Virus record (IMG/VR): IMGVR_UViG_3300032287_003113
Span: 62,001 to 126,000 of that record
DNA: 64,000 bases
Direction: 5' to 3' (one strand)
Both the position numbers and the translations under genes were made by a program. This document shows positions 29,598-39,903 of the stretch, piece by piece; the first letter of the stretch is position 1; each line of letters begins with the position of its first letter. Below the pieces are notes generated by a model. The model worked only from the letters and a program-made list of their open reading frames with translations, searched no databases and had not been told where the DNA came from.

Positions 29598-31907
29598 CTA
29601 GTTACGACCAACCACTATTTCTATAACCGCTTTGGTAGCACTTGGGAAATCACACAGGGCCTTGCCAATAACCTGTCCTATTTGTGGGTTGTCACTAGAT
29701 TTGGCATAGCCAAACCCGGCACTTACCATCAAGTCACCCTTGCGAACTGGGCCAATTACATTACAAGGAACACGTCCTTGTAAGGCTACAGGAACCACGT
29801 TTGTACCGGTTAAGCCGCCATTCATCAAGTGTGCTGGGTTTGTACTTACTACACCGGCCACTGCTCGTGTTTCTACATCGGCTTGGGTAACTTCTGCGGC
29901 TCCACCAAACATGACCACAGTACCGGGAGCATAGGCTTTGTCTGCTTGATAGTTTTCTGCCAAGTCAGCGTATTTGGCTTGAGTTGAAACACCGTAGAAT
30001 GTGCTCCACCAGCTACTTGGGCTACCTAAATTGTAGGTCAAGTTGGCTGTGGGCACAATACTGCCTGTAATGGTCATTTCGCCACCAATGTAGGCTTTGC
30101 CACCAATACCAACGCCACCTGCTACAATCAATGCTCCAGAAGTAGTACTTGAGCTTACTGTGCTGTTGGCCAACATCAATTGACCAGCATATACGTTACC
30201 TGCGGTTGAGCTAGCAAATGCAGCTGTGGTTCCGGGTTTAGTTGCCAATCCATCAAAGAAGCGGAATGATTTTGTTACGCTGTCACGCAACACACCAGCA
30301 TACTTGGTTGTACCACCAACATATTGTCCAACAATACCAATGTCTTGGCTATCGCCGTTGTTGGCATTGGCCAAGAAGCTGATTGGGTTTTCAATGACCA
30401 AGGTGCTTGTACTTGTTGTTGATCCTGATCCACCAATTGTGATGTTACCAACCAAGTTAAAATTACCACCCACATACAAATTACCTTGTAATCCCACGCC
30501 TCCGTTGACACGTAATGCACCTGTTGTGGTACTTGTGGCACTGGTAGCAATGTTGACTTCAACACCTGCAGGACGTCCAGGACGACTTGTACCAACAATG
30601 CGTACACGTTCGTTACCAGATGTAAATCCGTTGGTAGCAAACACTATGTCATTGGTTACACCATTTTCGCTGGTGGCAATGACCAAGGCGCCGTCGCCTG
30701 TGGTACCGGCTGGTGCACTCATGAACAGGTATCCGTCGTCGGCACCAGTGATACCAAACGCAGCGGTATTAAAGGTTTCAGACGTGATACCCATGTCCAT
30801 CCATCCTGAATCATTGTCACCGTTGGAAGCGTAGGCAATGATGTCAGTACTTGCACTGGCACCTGAATTAAAATTCTTGATGGCAACCTGTACAAAGTCG
30901 TCGGCGTTGCCGGTTAGTACTGTACTGGCATTGGTCAAGCCCGAATTGGGTTGATAAACTGTTACTCCTGAGTTGTGTGAGGCCGCTGTTGTGCCCGAAG
31001 TTCCGCGTGTGATGCCGGTGAACTGTGTACTGGTCTTTGCAGTATAGTACATGAGTTCGCTTTCAACGTACAGAGCACCATGTACCAAGAAGCCTGCTGT
31101 GCTGTTCACAGTAAGTACGGTCACCGATGAGTTGGCTGTGGTACTCAGTGTGGCCGTGGCATTGGCATCTGTGATCAAAGATTTGGCATTAGTGCCTTGA
31201 TAAATTGCACCTGTTTGTGCCATCAAGTTACCTGTGACCAACAAGCCGTCGTTGTTTTTAAAACGACCTTGTTCTGCTCCACTAGCAAACCCGCCAGCAG
31301 CAAAAACCACATCTCCATAAACACCATCTGCTGTGGCAAGAACTAGATTACCACCCGTGGGATTGGTATTGGCATATGTTGGAGCACTTAAAAATATGTA
31401 TCCATCACCGGCCTTGGTCACAGCATAGCTAGGGTCACTGAACAAACTGCTGGCAATACCCATGTCAATGTATCCACCGTCGTTGTCGCCGGTGTCAGCA
31501 TAGGCAATGAAGTCACCACTTGCACTGGTTCCGTTACTGCCATTTCTTATTGAAAATTGAGTAAAACCGTTGGTACTTTTGGCACCCAGGCCCAACACAT
31601 TGGTCAAATTACCTGATGTTTCAAAAGCATCGGCTGTGTTGTCTGGACTGACACTCAACTTTCCACGCAAACTGGTAAGCGTACTGGTCAATACGTGTTC
31701 TGTAGCACCATCGATATTGATTGATATATTACTACCAGTGCCAGTATCGTTGATGGTAATAGACGAATCATTTTTATTAATTGTACTAACAGCTAGGCCG
31801 CCAGTGATATTGACTGTGCCCGATGTGGTAATACTGCCTGTTGCAGCATCAATTGTGAGTGGTCCTACTGTGAGACCATTTTGTACTACGAAATTACTTT
31901 GTGCCAT
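29598..31907 (-). CDS. Tail fibre-like protein with duplicated domain and chaperone-like C-terminus
   Basis: N.S.G.SAS.D.IAYA..GDND.G..DMGI twice; C-terminal AKYADLAENY domain. Confidence 0.7.
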   Translation of the reverse strand: MAQSNFVVQNGLTVGPLTIDAATGSITTSGTVNITGGLAVSTINKNDSSITINDTGTGSNISINIDGATEHVLTSTLTSLRGKLSVSPDNTADAFETSGNLTNVLGLGAKSTNGFTQFSIRNGSNGTSASGDFIAYADTGDNDGGYIDMGIASSLFSDPSYAVTKAGDGYIFLSAPTYANTNPTGGNLVLATADGVYGDVVFAAGGFASGAEQGRFKNNDGLLVTGNLMAQTGAIYQGTNAKSLITDANATATLSTTANSSVTVLTVNSTAGFLVHGALYVESELMYYTAKTSTQFTGITRGTSGTTAASHNSGVTVYQPNSGLTNASTVLTGNADDFVQVAIKNFNSGASASTDIIAYASNGDNDSGWMDMGITSETFNTAAFGITGADDGYLFMSAPAGTTGDGALVIATSENGVTNDIVFATNGFTSGNERVRIVGTSRPGRPAGVEVNIATSATSTTTGALRVNGGVGLQGNLYVGGNFNLVGNITIGGSGSTTSTSTLVIENPISFLANANNGDSQDIGIVGQYVGGTTKYAGVLRDSVTKSFRFFDGLATKPGTTAAFASSTAGNVYAGQLMLANSTVSSSTTSGALIVAGGVGIGGKAYIGGEMTITGSIVPTANLTYNLGSPSSWWSTFYGVSTQAKYADLAENYQADKAYAPGTVVMFGGAAEVTQADVETRAVAGVVSTNPAHLMNGGLTGTNVVPVALQGRVPCNVIGPVRKGDLMVSAGFGYAKSSDNPQIGQVIGKALCDFPSATKAVIEIVVGRN

Positions 31908-31949
31908 TTTCTTTTTCCTTCGGTTCCATATTCCCCGATAAAGGTTGTA

Positions 31950-31976
31950 AGTTGACGTGGACCATCCACGTCAACT
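31950..31976. repeat. Perfect 12-bp inverted repeat directly after a stop codon
   Basis: AGTTGACGTGGA-CCA-TCCACGTCAACT. Confidence 0.8.
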
Positions 31977-31977
31977 G

Positions 31978-34020
31978 TTAAATCAATAAATAATCTTTCT
32001 TAATTCTCAATAAATTGCTTGCAGTGGTACTGGGTATAAAATTCAAAAACACATTGCCGCTGCTGATGTTTGCATCAAACACACCCAAGTTACCACTGGT
32101 TTGTATCACGCCGTGTGTGACTGCTGTGGCCGTTGTTCCGTCATGCAACACGGTCACTGTTTGAACTTGATACACATTGCCTTTTGTAACCTGTACTTGA
32201 TACACCGCTGAGCGGTATATGCTTTGAGAAAAACGATCCACTCCAGTGATCACGTTGGCAGTACTGGCTACAACGTTGGCACTGGCTTCGACCTGTGCAC
32301 CAGCTGTGTTCCAGTAAGTTGTTGTTGCTAATGCAGAAGTACCAGTGCCAATATAGATACCATCATTGTCGACAGATAATTGCATGAAACCATTGGTACT
32401 GGCAATCTGTGTCACAGTTGCAGTTGTGGTTAATCTACGTACATCAATCAAATCGCCAACAGACGGAGCTTCAGTAAATGTCAGTGTTGTACCTGATACT
32501 GAGTAGGCTGTGGTTGGTATTTGCAACACACCGTTGATGGCAACTATTGTGGCAGCTGTAGTACTACTTCCAGCTAGAGTAAACCCTACTGTACTGCCAT
32601 CGCCGTTGAATGTTTCGCTGGTGATAACTGTAAACTGTGTGGTCAATGCTATCCAGGATGAGGCGCCATAGTATTCTAAACCGTTGTTGGTTAAGTTGTA
32701 ACGGAACATACCAGTGACGTCTGTGCCGCCGGCACTACTTGGACGTTGAGCACTGGTACCAACCGGTAACAAGATAGAATCTGTGGTGTAGATCTGTAGT
32801 TTTGCGCCAGTGGCCACGTTGGCTTGAATGGCGCTGTTACCGATGATAACCGCATCATATGCAGAGCTTGGACGAGCCCAGATCAGGGTCTCGTCGTTTT
32901 TGCCTTTGACTTTGAAGTCTTGTCCGGCTGTTTTTGTGCTGTTGATAGTAACAGCGTTGCCTAAAAATACGTTGCCTGCAACACCCAGTCCGCCGGCGGT
33001 TCTAACAGCGCCGGTAGTTGCACTGGTACTGTTTGTGGTGTTGGCTGAAAAGAATTCACCAGCTTTGATAGTGCCGTAGGCCGTGCCAGTAAACAAGTTG
33101 GCAGATTCGGTACCAGCTCCAAAAAATTCTAAAAATTTGGTAGTGTTGTCACGGCCCAGGAACGCATGGCTGTCGACACCATCGTAGTAATGGAACTTGA
33201 TACCGATATCCTTGCCATCGTCCACAGTCCAAGGTGCCAAATTTGCTTGTGTGTGCAAATTAATTACCGCATCTATCACTGCCAAGTCTGCTGTACCAAT
33301 AGTAGTGCTTGCACCCAATACTGTCAAGTTGCCGGTGATCACAGCATTGCCAGCCAGATTGAAGCTGCCACCCACGTTCAAGTTGCCACTTATGCCTGTT
33401 CCGCCCACTACTGTCAGTGCGCCAATTGATGTGCTGGTACTTTCTGTGCCGCTGTGTGCTACTAGATTTCCGCCTACTTTGGTAATGCCGCCAATGTTGA
33501 CAGCTCCGCCAATGCCTGTGCCGCCTGTGACTACCAATGCACCGGTGGTTGTTGAGGTAGATGCTTTGTTGTCGCGTACAGTTGTGGTATTGGCTGTGAT
33601 GTTGCCAATGATCAAATTGGCAAATCCTGAATTATTAATAGATCCTGTAGTTGTGCCTGTTTCTGTGGTCATTACGCCTTCAAAAGCTGTTTCGCTTTCG
33701 CGCCAGACCCAGGCAGCGTTGACTGACCCATATGGAGCAAGACTGCTCAAGTTACGATTGATCAGCATGCCAATGTCGTATGTTGGCGAGCTGGTGTAGT
33801 TGTTGTTGAACACAACAATTGGATCGTTGATGTAGGTGTTGATCGAGTTTAACTGTGCAAAACTGTTGGCCACAGTCAGGTTACCAAGAATGGTAACGTT
33901 GGAATTCAGTGTCAAGTTAGCATTAAACTTGCTACCAACCAGGGTTCCATCTTTGAGTTTTTGGTACTCAATGGTATTATCTGTGACTTGATTATTTTTA
34001 ATTCTTGTTAAAATCGTCAT
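31978..34020 (-). CDS. Fibre/virion structural protein
   Basis: STTTGALVV.GG.GI repeats; LPVGTSAQRP...GMFRYN; FNGDGST...INGVLQ.P..AY...FTEAP. Confidence 0.7.
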   Translation of the reverse strand: MTILTRIKNNQVTDNTIEYQKLKDGTLVGSKFNANLTLNSNVTILGNLTVANSFAQLNSINTYINDPIVVFNNNYTSSPTYDIGMLINRNLSSLAPYGSVNAAWVWRESETAFEGVMTTETGTTTGSINNSGFANLIIGNITANTTTVRDNKASTSTTTGALVVTGGTGIGGAVNIGGITKVGGNLVAHSGTESTSTSIGALTVVGGTGISGNLNVGGSFNLAGNAVITGNLTVLGASTTIGTADLAVIDAVINLHTQANLAPWTVDDGKDIGIKFHYYDGVDSHAFLGRDNTTKFLEFFGAGTESANLFTGTAYGTIKAGEFFSANTTNSTSATTGAVRTAGGLGVAGNVFLGNAVTINSTKTAGQDFKVKGKNDETLIWARPSSAYDAVIIGNSAIQANVATGAKLQIYTTDSILLPVGTSAQRPSSAGGTDVTGMFRYNLTNNGLEYYGASSWIALTTQFTVITSETFNGDGSTVGFTLAGSSTTAATIVAINGVLQIPTTAYSVSGTTLTFTEAPSVGDLIDVRRLTTTATVTQIASTNGFMQLSVDNDGIYIGTGTSALATTTYWNTAGAQVEASANVVASTANVITGVDRFSQSIYRSAVYQVQVTKGNVYQVQTVTVLHDGTTATAVTHGVIQTSGNLGVFDANISSGNVFLNFIPSTTASNLLRIKKDYLLI

Positions 34021-34164
34021 GGCTCCGGTCCTTAATTATGGGCATTATTACTATTTATCGCGGCCGTGAGAAAATGGTCCTTGCCAGGTTATTTTTGCGG
34101 AGGACTTGGGAAATTAAATTGTGTCGTTAGCGATCGTCTGCTAAGAAGTTGATATAGTATTTAT
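34021..34164 (-). promoter_or_regulatory. Tandem late promoters enclosing a structured ~100-nt leader
   Basis: ATAAATA at 34158-64 and 34052-58; TTAGC/GCTAA hairpin; GTCCT complementary to two AGGAC copies. Confidence 0.6.
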
Positions 34165-34169
34165 TTGTT

Positions 34170-35900
34170 TTAAAAAACACCGCCGGTCAATGCCACTCTT
34201 TTCCAGGTATTTGTAGCAGTACACACATAGATGTAATTGGCGTCCCAGCATACCTGTCCTGCTGTGCCTGCGGAAGTTGATGTTTTTGTGGCTTGCGGTG
34301 CTTGCAATATTCCGCTGAGTGTGACATTGTTGGTCACAGTTAAATTGCCAGTGATAGTCAAGTCATCGTAGATTACATCGTTTACTGTAACAGCTGCACC
34401 TAAAAAACGCACATCAATGACATCGGTGGCTTCCGGTATTTCTGTAAAAGTAAGTTGATCCCCAGTTACTGTATATGCTGAAGTGGGTCGCTGTAAAGTA
34501 CCGTTGATACTTACAATTATACCAACTGTGCTGGATTCTTGATCCAGTGTAAATGTGGTGCTGACACCATCGCCGGTGATCTGCTGGTCAGTAACAGTAT
34601 TGGTTACTGGCACCCATACAGTACCATTATAATATTCAAGAGCTGGTGTGTCGGTGTTGTAACGAATCATTCCATTATCACCAGTGGGTCTGTTGCCAGA
34701 ATTACCAATTGGTAGCTGTAATGCTGTGTTAGAATTAAACACAAACACGTTAGAGTGTGTTACTGTACTATTAGCAAAACGAAGATTGCCAATGTTTGCT
34801 GTGGTTGCAACTAATGTGGTAAATGCTCCGGTACTAGGCACAGCATTGCCAATCGGAGTATTGTTGATGGCTGCAAAATTAGTCAAATCAGCCTGCAAGT
34901 TGCCTAGGTATAGGTTACCAGTAATGCTGGCTCCGCCCCAGACCTGTAGTGCGCCTGTGTTGGGACCTGTGGCTGGAGTGGTGTTGGCAAGAATTAATTC
35001 GCCAGTTTTTATTGTGCCGTAGGCACTACCACTGAATGTGTTGCCAGAAATTTCTGTTCCACGAGCATACCATTCTAGATAACCAGTATTATTGATGCGG
35101 ACCAGTGCAGCATGACTGTCTACGCTGTCATAATAGTGCATTTTGATGCCAATGTCTTTGCCGTCGTTCACAGTCCAGGGGGCTAGATTGGCCTGTGTGT
35201 GTAAATTTAAAATGCTGTCTGTGATAGTTAAATCGCTGTAACCATAGAATGTGGTGTTACCAATAATGTTTAAATTTGATGTGATAGTAACATTACCGCT
35301 ACTACTGTTAATATTGTTACCAACTATGGTGATGTTTCCCATTGTGATACCAGTAGGAAAGCTACTGATACCTTTGGCTCCCACATAACGGGCGCCTGCG
35401 ATGTATATTTTTTTGCCTGTTACAGCAGTTGGTACATTGGTATCGGGGAAATTTAAAATACCACTTTGATAGTCAAAGAACCAGGTGTCGTTGTTACCAG
35501 AACCATCGCTGAACAACTGTGTACCATAGGTTTGTGGTGCTGAGTTTCCAGCCGGTGCAGCATAAACCTGAACTTGGTATGTGGCGCCAAACTCTGAGCC
35601 AATCCAATCAACTTGATTTGTAAACCAAGTTCTATTGGTGCCACTGACTGAGGTATCCAATACACATTCAATAGTGCTCGATAAGGTGTCTTGATACAAT
35701 ACCAACACACTAGAATTGCTGGCAGGTTTGACAGTGGGAATACTAACTGACTGTTGCCAGATTGTGTCGCCGCGAGTTAGTATTGGGCTGGCATTGGCTT
35801 CGTTGGAGGGGCTTTTAAAGGCACTGGTATCTGTTTTGGCAACGCCAGCACCAATTTTCTTATAGAGATAGTCGACTTTTTGTGCGTCTGTGATAGCCAT
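34170..35900 (-). CDS. Fibre/virion structural protein, modular paralog of 31978..34020
   Basis: HTQANLAPWTV.DGKDIGIK.HYY module; LPIGN...RP...GMIRYN; C-terminal GQVCWDANYIYVC..TNTWKR. Confidence 0.7.
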   Translation of the reverse strand: MAITDAQKVDYLYKKIGAGVAKTDTSAFKSPSNEANASPILTRGDTIWQQSVSIPTVKPASNSSVLVLYQDTLSSTIECVLDTSVSGTNRTWFTNQVDWIGSEFGATYQVQVYAAPAGNSAPQTYGTQLFSDGSGNNDTWFFDYQSGILNFPDTNVPTAVTGKKIYIAGARYVGAKGISSFPTGITMGNITIVGNNINSSSGNVTITSNLNIIGNTTFYGYSDLTITDSILNLHTQANLAPWTVNDGKDIGIKMHYYDSVDSHAALVRINNTGYLEWYARGTEISGNTFSGSAYGTIKTGELILANTTPATGPNTGALQVWGGASITGNLYLGNLQADLTNFAAINNTPIGNAVPSTGAFTTLVATTANIGNLRFANSTVTHSNVFVFNSNTALQLPIGNSGNRPTGDNGMIRYNTDTPALEYYNGTVWVPVTNTVTDQQITGDGVSTTFTLDQESSTVGIIVSINGTLQRPTSAYTVTGDQLTFTEIPEATDVIDVRFLGAAVTVNDVIYDDLTITGNLTVTNNVTLSGILQAPQATKTSTSAGTAGQVCWDANYIYVCTATNTWKRVALTGGVF

Positions 35901-37882
35901 TAGTTAGTTGCCGCCTCTATTGTTAATGCTGTTAAACTTTGACCTGTGTTCAGTCTTACTCTGACATAAATTTCATTTGTTGCTGTGCTACTGGAACTTA
36001 CTGTACCAAAGGTTGCAGTTACACTTTTATTGGTTTGAGCACTATTTAATAGTGCCAGACCTCCTAGGGCACAACCGTTACTGCCATTGCCGCCAGTGCC
36101 GGCACCAGGTTGTCCAGATCCTGCATAGGCTGTTGCCATGCTGAGCCAGCCGTTCAGGGTTGAACTGGTATCTATCGCACTACCAGGAAGTGCTACCCAC
36201 AGGCCGGCCAGAAGGCCTGTGTATTTGATATCAAATTTACTTACCGCAGTACGTATAAATTTAAATGTGTAGTATTGGGCTCCGTGGCGTCCTGCACTGA
36301 GATTTGGTCCCACTGGCAAGTAGCCCGAAGAGTAATTGGTGATGTCGTGTTTTAGTGTAGCTGCCACCACTGTGGCACAATTGGCTGTAAGGATGCCAGT
36401 GGTGCTGTTGAATGCGGCAGCACCAGCAGAATATGTGGGCGTGTCTGTTGTGCCCGGATTTACAATACGCACGGGATTACCAGATCCAGAACCCACACTG
36501 GCCGCAATGAACATGCTGGTTTCTTCAATTTGAGTTGCTGTACCAGTTTTGTAAAGCACCGTGGCGCCGGGAGGAAAGTTTTGTGTTCCGGTGTTGTAAC
36601 TGTTGCTTATGCTGACAGTGGGCCCAAGAGCACTGGATCCAAATCCTGAAATGACATTGGCTGTTGTTGTCACAGACAAGGTACCACTGGCTACATATAG
36701 GTTGGCTACCAATGGGGTAGTTACTCCAGCACTGGCGTATGTGGTTGTTGTGGGAGCTGTCAGTGCTCCGCCAGCTGTTCCGGTGGCCATGTTGTCTGAT
36801 GTTGGGTACATGTCGCCGCTTAATCGATTTACACTATACGATAAGGTAAATCCTGCCGAGCTGGTCAGGTGCGGAACTGTACTACTATAACTGACTGTGT
36901 TGGAACTTAACGCAATACTGGTAGCACTAAAAGTTGGTGTTCCTGGATTGCTGTTATCAAAGTACCACCAACGTACATTGGTTGGAACTCCCTGACTGTG
37001 TGTTATGTAAACTTCATTCCATCCCGGAGCCACATTTGATCCTGTGGCATAGGCATTAAAACTTTCCCAGAAGCCACCGGATCCGCCTATTATAACAGAG
37101 TAGTCTTGATCGTTTCCTATGACCAGATGTCCGTGGGTGCCGTTTTGTGCTCCGAGAGCCATGGCACGACTGCCCATCAAGGTACTGTTTTTATAAACGC
37201 TGACTGTGCCCGATTCGCCTGGACCCACTGTGGTCACGTTGCTGGTTGTATAGGTTGCTGCACGTCTCACGTTGGCCACTGTTGAACCGGCTGCCACTGT
37301 TCTTGAGTTGCCGGTTAGGTCAATCTGCGTAAGATTGGCCATGCGGTACGTGCTTAGGGTACTGATTGTGATAGTACTAGAGCCAGGGAATGTGGGCGGG
37401 CTTGGGGGTACCAGTTTGCCCAATACAAAATTTAATTGTGCTATGCCGTCAGTCACTGTTGTGCTGGTAGTTAATGTTACAGCATTACTAATTAATGCTC
37501 CGGTGCTGTTGGCACCTAGCTCAATTGTATTACCAGTAAAGGTTGTGTTGCCGGAAATTTCATCCAGGGTGCCAAATCGTAGATTGCCTGCACCATCAGT
37601 TAAAATTACATTGTATGCTGCACCACCGGTGACCACAAGACTTGAAATTGATCCAAGACCAATCCGGCCTGTGTTGCTGGTAATTGTGTTGCCAAGGATG
37701 GTAAGATTTGCCAGGCGAACGTTGGCTGGAACATCCAGGCCATACTGTGGGCTAGCTGTGCCAACTCCCAGTCTGCGATTGGTAACATCAAGATATGCTA
37801 AATTTCCGTCAAAGGACAAATTGACACCCTGGCGTTCCAGGTTGTCTTTGAGCATTACTCCTGATATTTTACCTATTGCCAT
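35900..37882 (-). CDS. Virion structural protein (fibre-associated)
   Basis: MAIGKISG.ML..NL.R.G...LYLDV.N.R.G.GT.SP-type N-terminus; S/T/G-rich. Confidence 0.65.
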   Translation of the reverse strand: MAIGKISGVMLKDNLERQGVNLSFDGNLAYLDVTNRRLGVGTASPQYGLDVPANVRLANLTILGNTITSNTGRIGLGSISSLVVTGGAAYNVILTDGAGNLRFGTLDEISGNTTFTGNTIELGANSTGALISNAVTLTTSTTVTDGIAQLNFVLGKLVPPSPPTFPGSSTITISTLSTYRMANLTQIDLTGNSRTVAAGSTVANVRRAATYTTSNVTTVGPGESGTVSVYKNSTLMGSRAMALGAQNGTHGHLVIGNDQDYSVIIGGSGGFWESFNAYATGSNVAPGWNEVYITHSQGVPTNVRWWYFDNSNPGTPTFSATSIALSSNTVSYSSTVPHLTSSAGFTLSYSVNRLSGDMYPTSDNMATGTAGGALTAPTTTTYASAGVTTPLVANLYVASGTLSVTTTANVISGFGSSALGPTVSISNSYNTGTQNFPPGATVLYKTGTATQIEETSMFIAASVGSGSGNPVRIVNPGTTDTPTYSAGAAAFNSTTGILTANCATVVAATLKHDITNYSSGYLPVGPNLSAGRHGAQYYTFKFIRTAVSKFDIKYTGLLAGLWVALPGSAIDTSSTLNGWLSMATAYAGSGQPGAGTGGNGSNGCALGGLALLNSAQTNKSVTATFGTVSSSSTATNEIYVRVRLNTGQSLTALTIEAATN

Positions 37883-37892
37883 TTACGGGCTC

Positions 37893-38342
37893 CTAGGTAG
37901 CGTCAGTGCTGTTGAGATTGTATATTACCAATACTGTTTGTCCTGCGTCGCCAACGGCGCTTGGTTCAAGATACAACTGATCTGATGCCACACCCGAACT
38001 AAAATGATAGTGTTCAACGGGTCTTTGTTGTACACCGCTAATGAATACCAATATACTGGCTTCTTCTCCAGTGATGTAATCACGTGGTGCATTAGTCATG
38101 GTAAATTGATTTACAACACCGCCATCTATTGTGGTGAATGTATCTGTGGTAATTGGTACTTGACCAATTTTGGCAATTTGATTCCAGGCGTTGTTGTAAT
38201 AAAATTCAATTTTATTATTGGTCTGATTGAATCTAATTTGAGCGTTTACTGGACTATCTGGTCCTATGCTGGCGCTGCCAATTGGCAATTGCACAGCGTA
38301 GCTTCCGCCTTCTAGCTGAGTATTTTTAAGATAACGTCCCAT
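37893..38342 (-). CDS. Small structural protein
   Basis: Likely start MGRYLK at 38342, 1 nt after the upstream stop; shares LP.G...P...IRFN and VFISGVQQ.P modules with fibre genes. Confidence 0.6.
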   Translation of the reverse strand: MGRYLKNTQLEGGSYAVQLPIGSASIGPDSPVNAQIRFNQTNNKIEFYYNNAWNQIAKIGQVPITTDTFTTIDGGVVNQFTMTNAPRDYITGEEASILVFISGVQQRPVEHYHFSSGVASDQLYLEPSAVGDAGQTVLVIYNLNSTDAT

Positions 38343-38343
38343 G

Positions 38344-38658
38344 TTAGATACCCAATGTGCTGACAGTGGCCACAATCACATTGGCTGTGTTAGCACTGGC
38401 CTGTAACATGTCGCCTGTGCTTAAAACAATCTTTTCTAATTCAAGAATGTATGTATCACCGCTGGTAATAGCTTTGTTGCTGTAAACAACATTGTTGGGG
38501 CTAGCTGTTTGACCAGCTGGTACCAAATGTAAATTAAATGTGGTTGTGCCACCATTTCTGTTACAGAAATATGCAACCGATACAACGTTTCCGTCTGTAC
38601 CCGAAGCTACATAAATATTACCTACTGTTGTTCCTAGTGCTGTGCTTTGTATGGCCAT
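38344..38658 (-). CDS. Small beta-rich structural protein
   Basis: 104 aa; EKIVLSTGD.L.A motif; AGGA SD. Confidence 0.6.
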   Translation of the reverse strand: MAIQSTALGTTVGNIYVASGTDGNVVSVAYFCNRNGGTTTFNLHLVPAGQTASPNNVVYSNKAITSGDTYILELEKIVLSTGDMLQASANTANVIVATVSTLGI

Positions 38659-38668
38659 TTTTGTTATC

Positions 38669-39229
38669 CTACAATATGATTGAATAGACTAATGCTCTAC
38701 TCTTTGTGATTAATTCTTTTCTATTATTTGCTACACCAATCTTGTTGGTATACACACCCGATCCACCCATGGCTGCTGTGTTTGCACGTATTTCTACATT
38801 GGCGATTGTGTCAAATACAGTTTTACTGGTTATTTCCAAATTGCCACTGATTCTGGGCGCCGGGTCTTGGTACACATTGCCAATCGCCCCAATCGAACCG
38901 CTAGTGATATTGGCATAAGTTATGCCGTCGTTAGTTAATTGCCAGCTATCAACGTTTTCGTTGTATCTGATACCAACATCGTTTAACGATCCACGATCAA
39001 CTTCAATACCTGAAAATACCGATGTTACGCCAGCGCCGGTTTCGCCTTTGTTTAGAAGAATAGTGTTGTCAGTGATTTCTGTATCAGTTTTGGTAACTAC
39101 GCTGGTGTTTCCACCAACCACCATATTTCCTTGCACAAACAAAGTGTGTGTGCTCACTGTTACGTTGGCACCGTATGTATCTTTGTTGGTTATTTGGTAA
39201 TCACCTATGATGCGTTTGGTCAGACTCAT
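38669..39229 (-). CDS. Fibre-like structural protein
   Basis: V.GN.VVGG....ITDNTILLNKGE.G.GV...SGIEVDRG; late promoter at 39251-39257. Confidence 0.65.
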   Translation of the reverse strand: MSLTKRIIGDYQITNKDTYGANVTVSTHTLFVQGNMVVGGNTSVVTKTDTEITDNTILLNKGETGAGVTSVFSGIEVDRGSLNDVGIRYNENVDSWQLTNDGITYANITSGSIGAIGNVYQDPAPRISGNLEITSKTVFDTIANVEIRANTAAMGGSGVYTNKIGVANNRKELITKSRALVYSIIL

Positions 39230-39281
39230 TCTAGTATCCTGTTTATAGTGTATTTATGAGCGGTAAAACTTTGCCAAGTTC

Positions 39282-39311
39282 AAAAAAATAGCAGCCGAAG
39301 CTGCTATTTTT
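39282..39311 (-). terminator. Intrinsic terminator with cUUCGg tetraloop
   Basis: AAAAATAGCAGC-TTCG-GCTGCTATTTTTTT on -. Confidence 0.9.
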
Positions 39312-39326
39312 ATCAATCAAATTTGA

Positions 39327-39830
39327 TTAATGTGTAACTACGTTGGCAAATGTGCTTGTAGCCACTTGAGTCTGATGTCTGTAACGCATTTTGTTATTGG
39401 ACTGATCATACACATGTTTTGTAGTAATACGACTAGCATAAAAAGCTGTGTTACTTGTGGTGTAACCAGTAATTGTGCATGTGCTTGCTCCACTAGCTGG
39501 TGCGGCGTTTGCTGCATCTGCGCCAGCGGCCAATGTGCATACTGTAACACTAGCGTTGCTGTGTGTTGCGCCGTTTACTGCGCCTACAGCGTTGGCAACC
39601 AAAAATGACTTTGCGCCTTTTTGTGCAATGATGTAAGCATTGGAGTGTAGTACACCTGCTGCTGTACGGAATTGAACCTTGATAGTTTTAACACCTGTGG
39701 TAGTTACCCACTGTGGGATACCGCCAACAGCGCCAAAGTAATTTGAAGTTCCTACTGCACTACCAGTGATTCGTTGATCTGATAATGTACCATCTGCTTG
39801 CTTGTGAGCAATTTTTAATCCTCTTGCCAT
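39327..39830 (-). CDS. Hypothetical, probably abundant structural protein (own promoter and terminator)
   Basis: Monocistronic unit: ATAAATA 39901-07, AGGAGA SD, UUCG terminator. Confidence 0.65.
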   Translation of the reverse strand: MARGLKIAHKQADGTLSDQRITGSAVGTSNYFGAVGGIPQWVTTTGVKTIKVQFRTAAGVLHSNAYIIAQKGAKSFLVANAVGAVNGATHSNASVTVCTLAAGADAANAAPASGASTCTITGYTTSNTAFYASRITTKHVYDQSNNKMRYRHQTQVATSTFANVVTH

Positions 39831-39903
39831 TTTGTTTCTCCTGTTTTAGCGTTCTAGGCTACTCAAGGTAGGCTTACCTGAGAGTTTCATACGAACAAAG
39901 TAT

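Noticed and set aside
20140-39608. Many long plus-strand ORFs antisense to the fibre genes
   Set aside because: These are shadow frames caused by Thr/Gly/Ala/Val codon bias; they lack SDs or promoters and translate to low-complexity V/P/L/A text.
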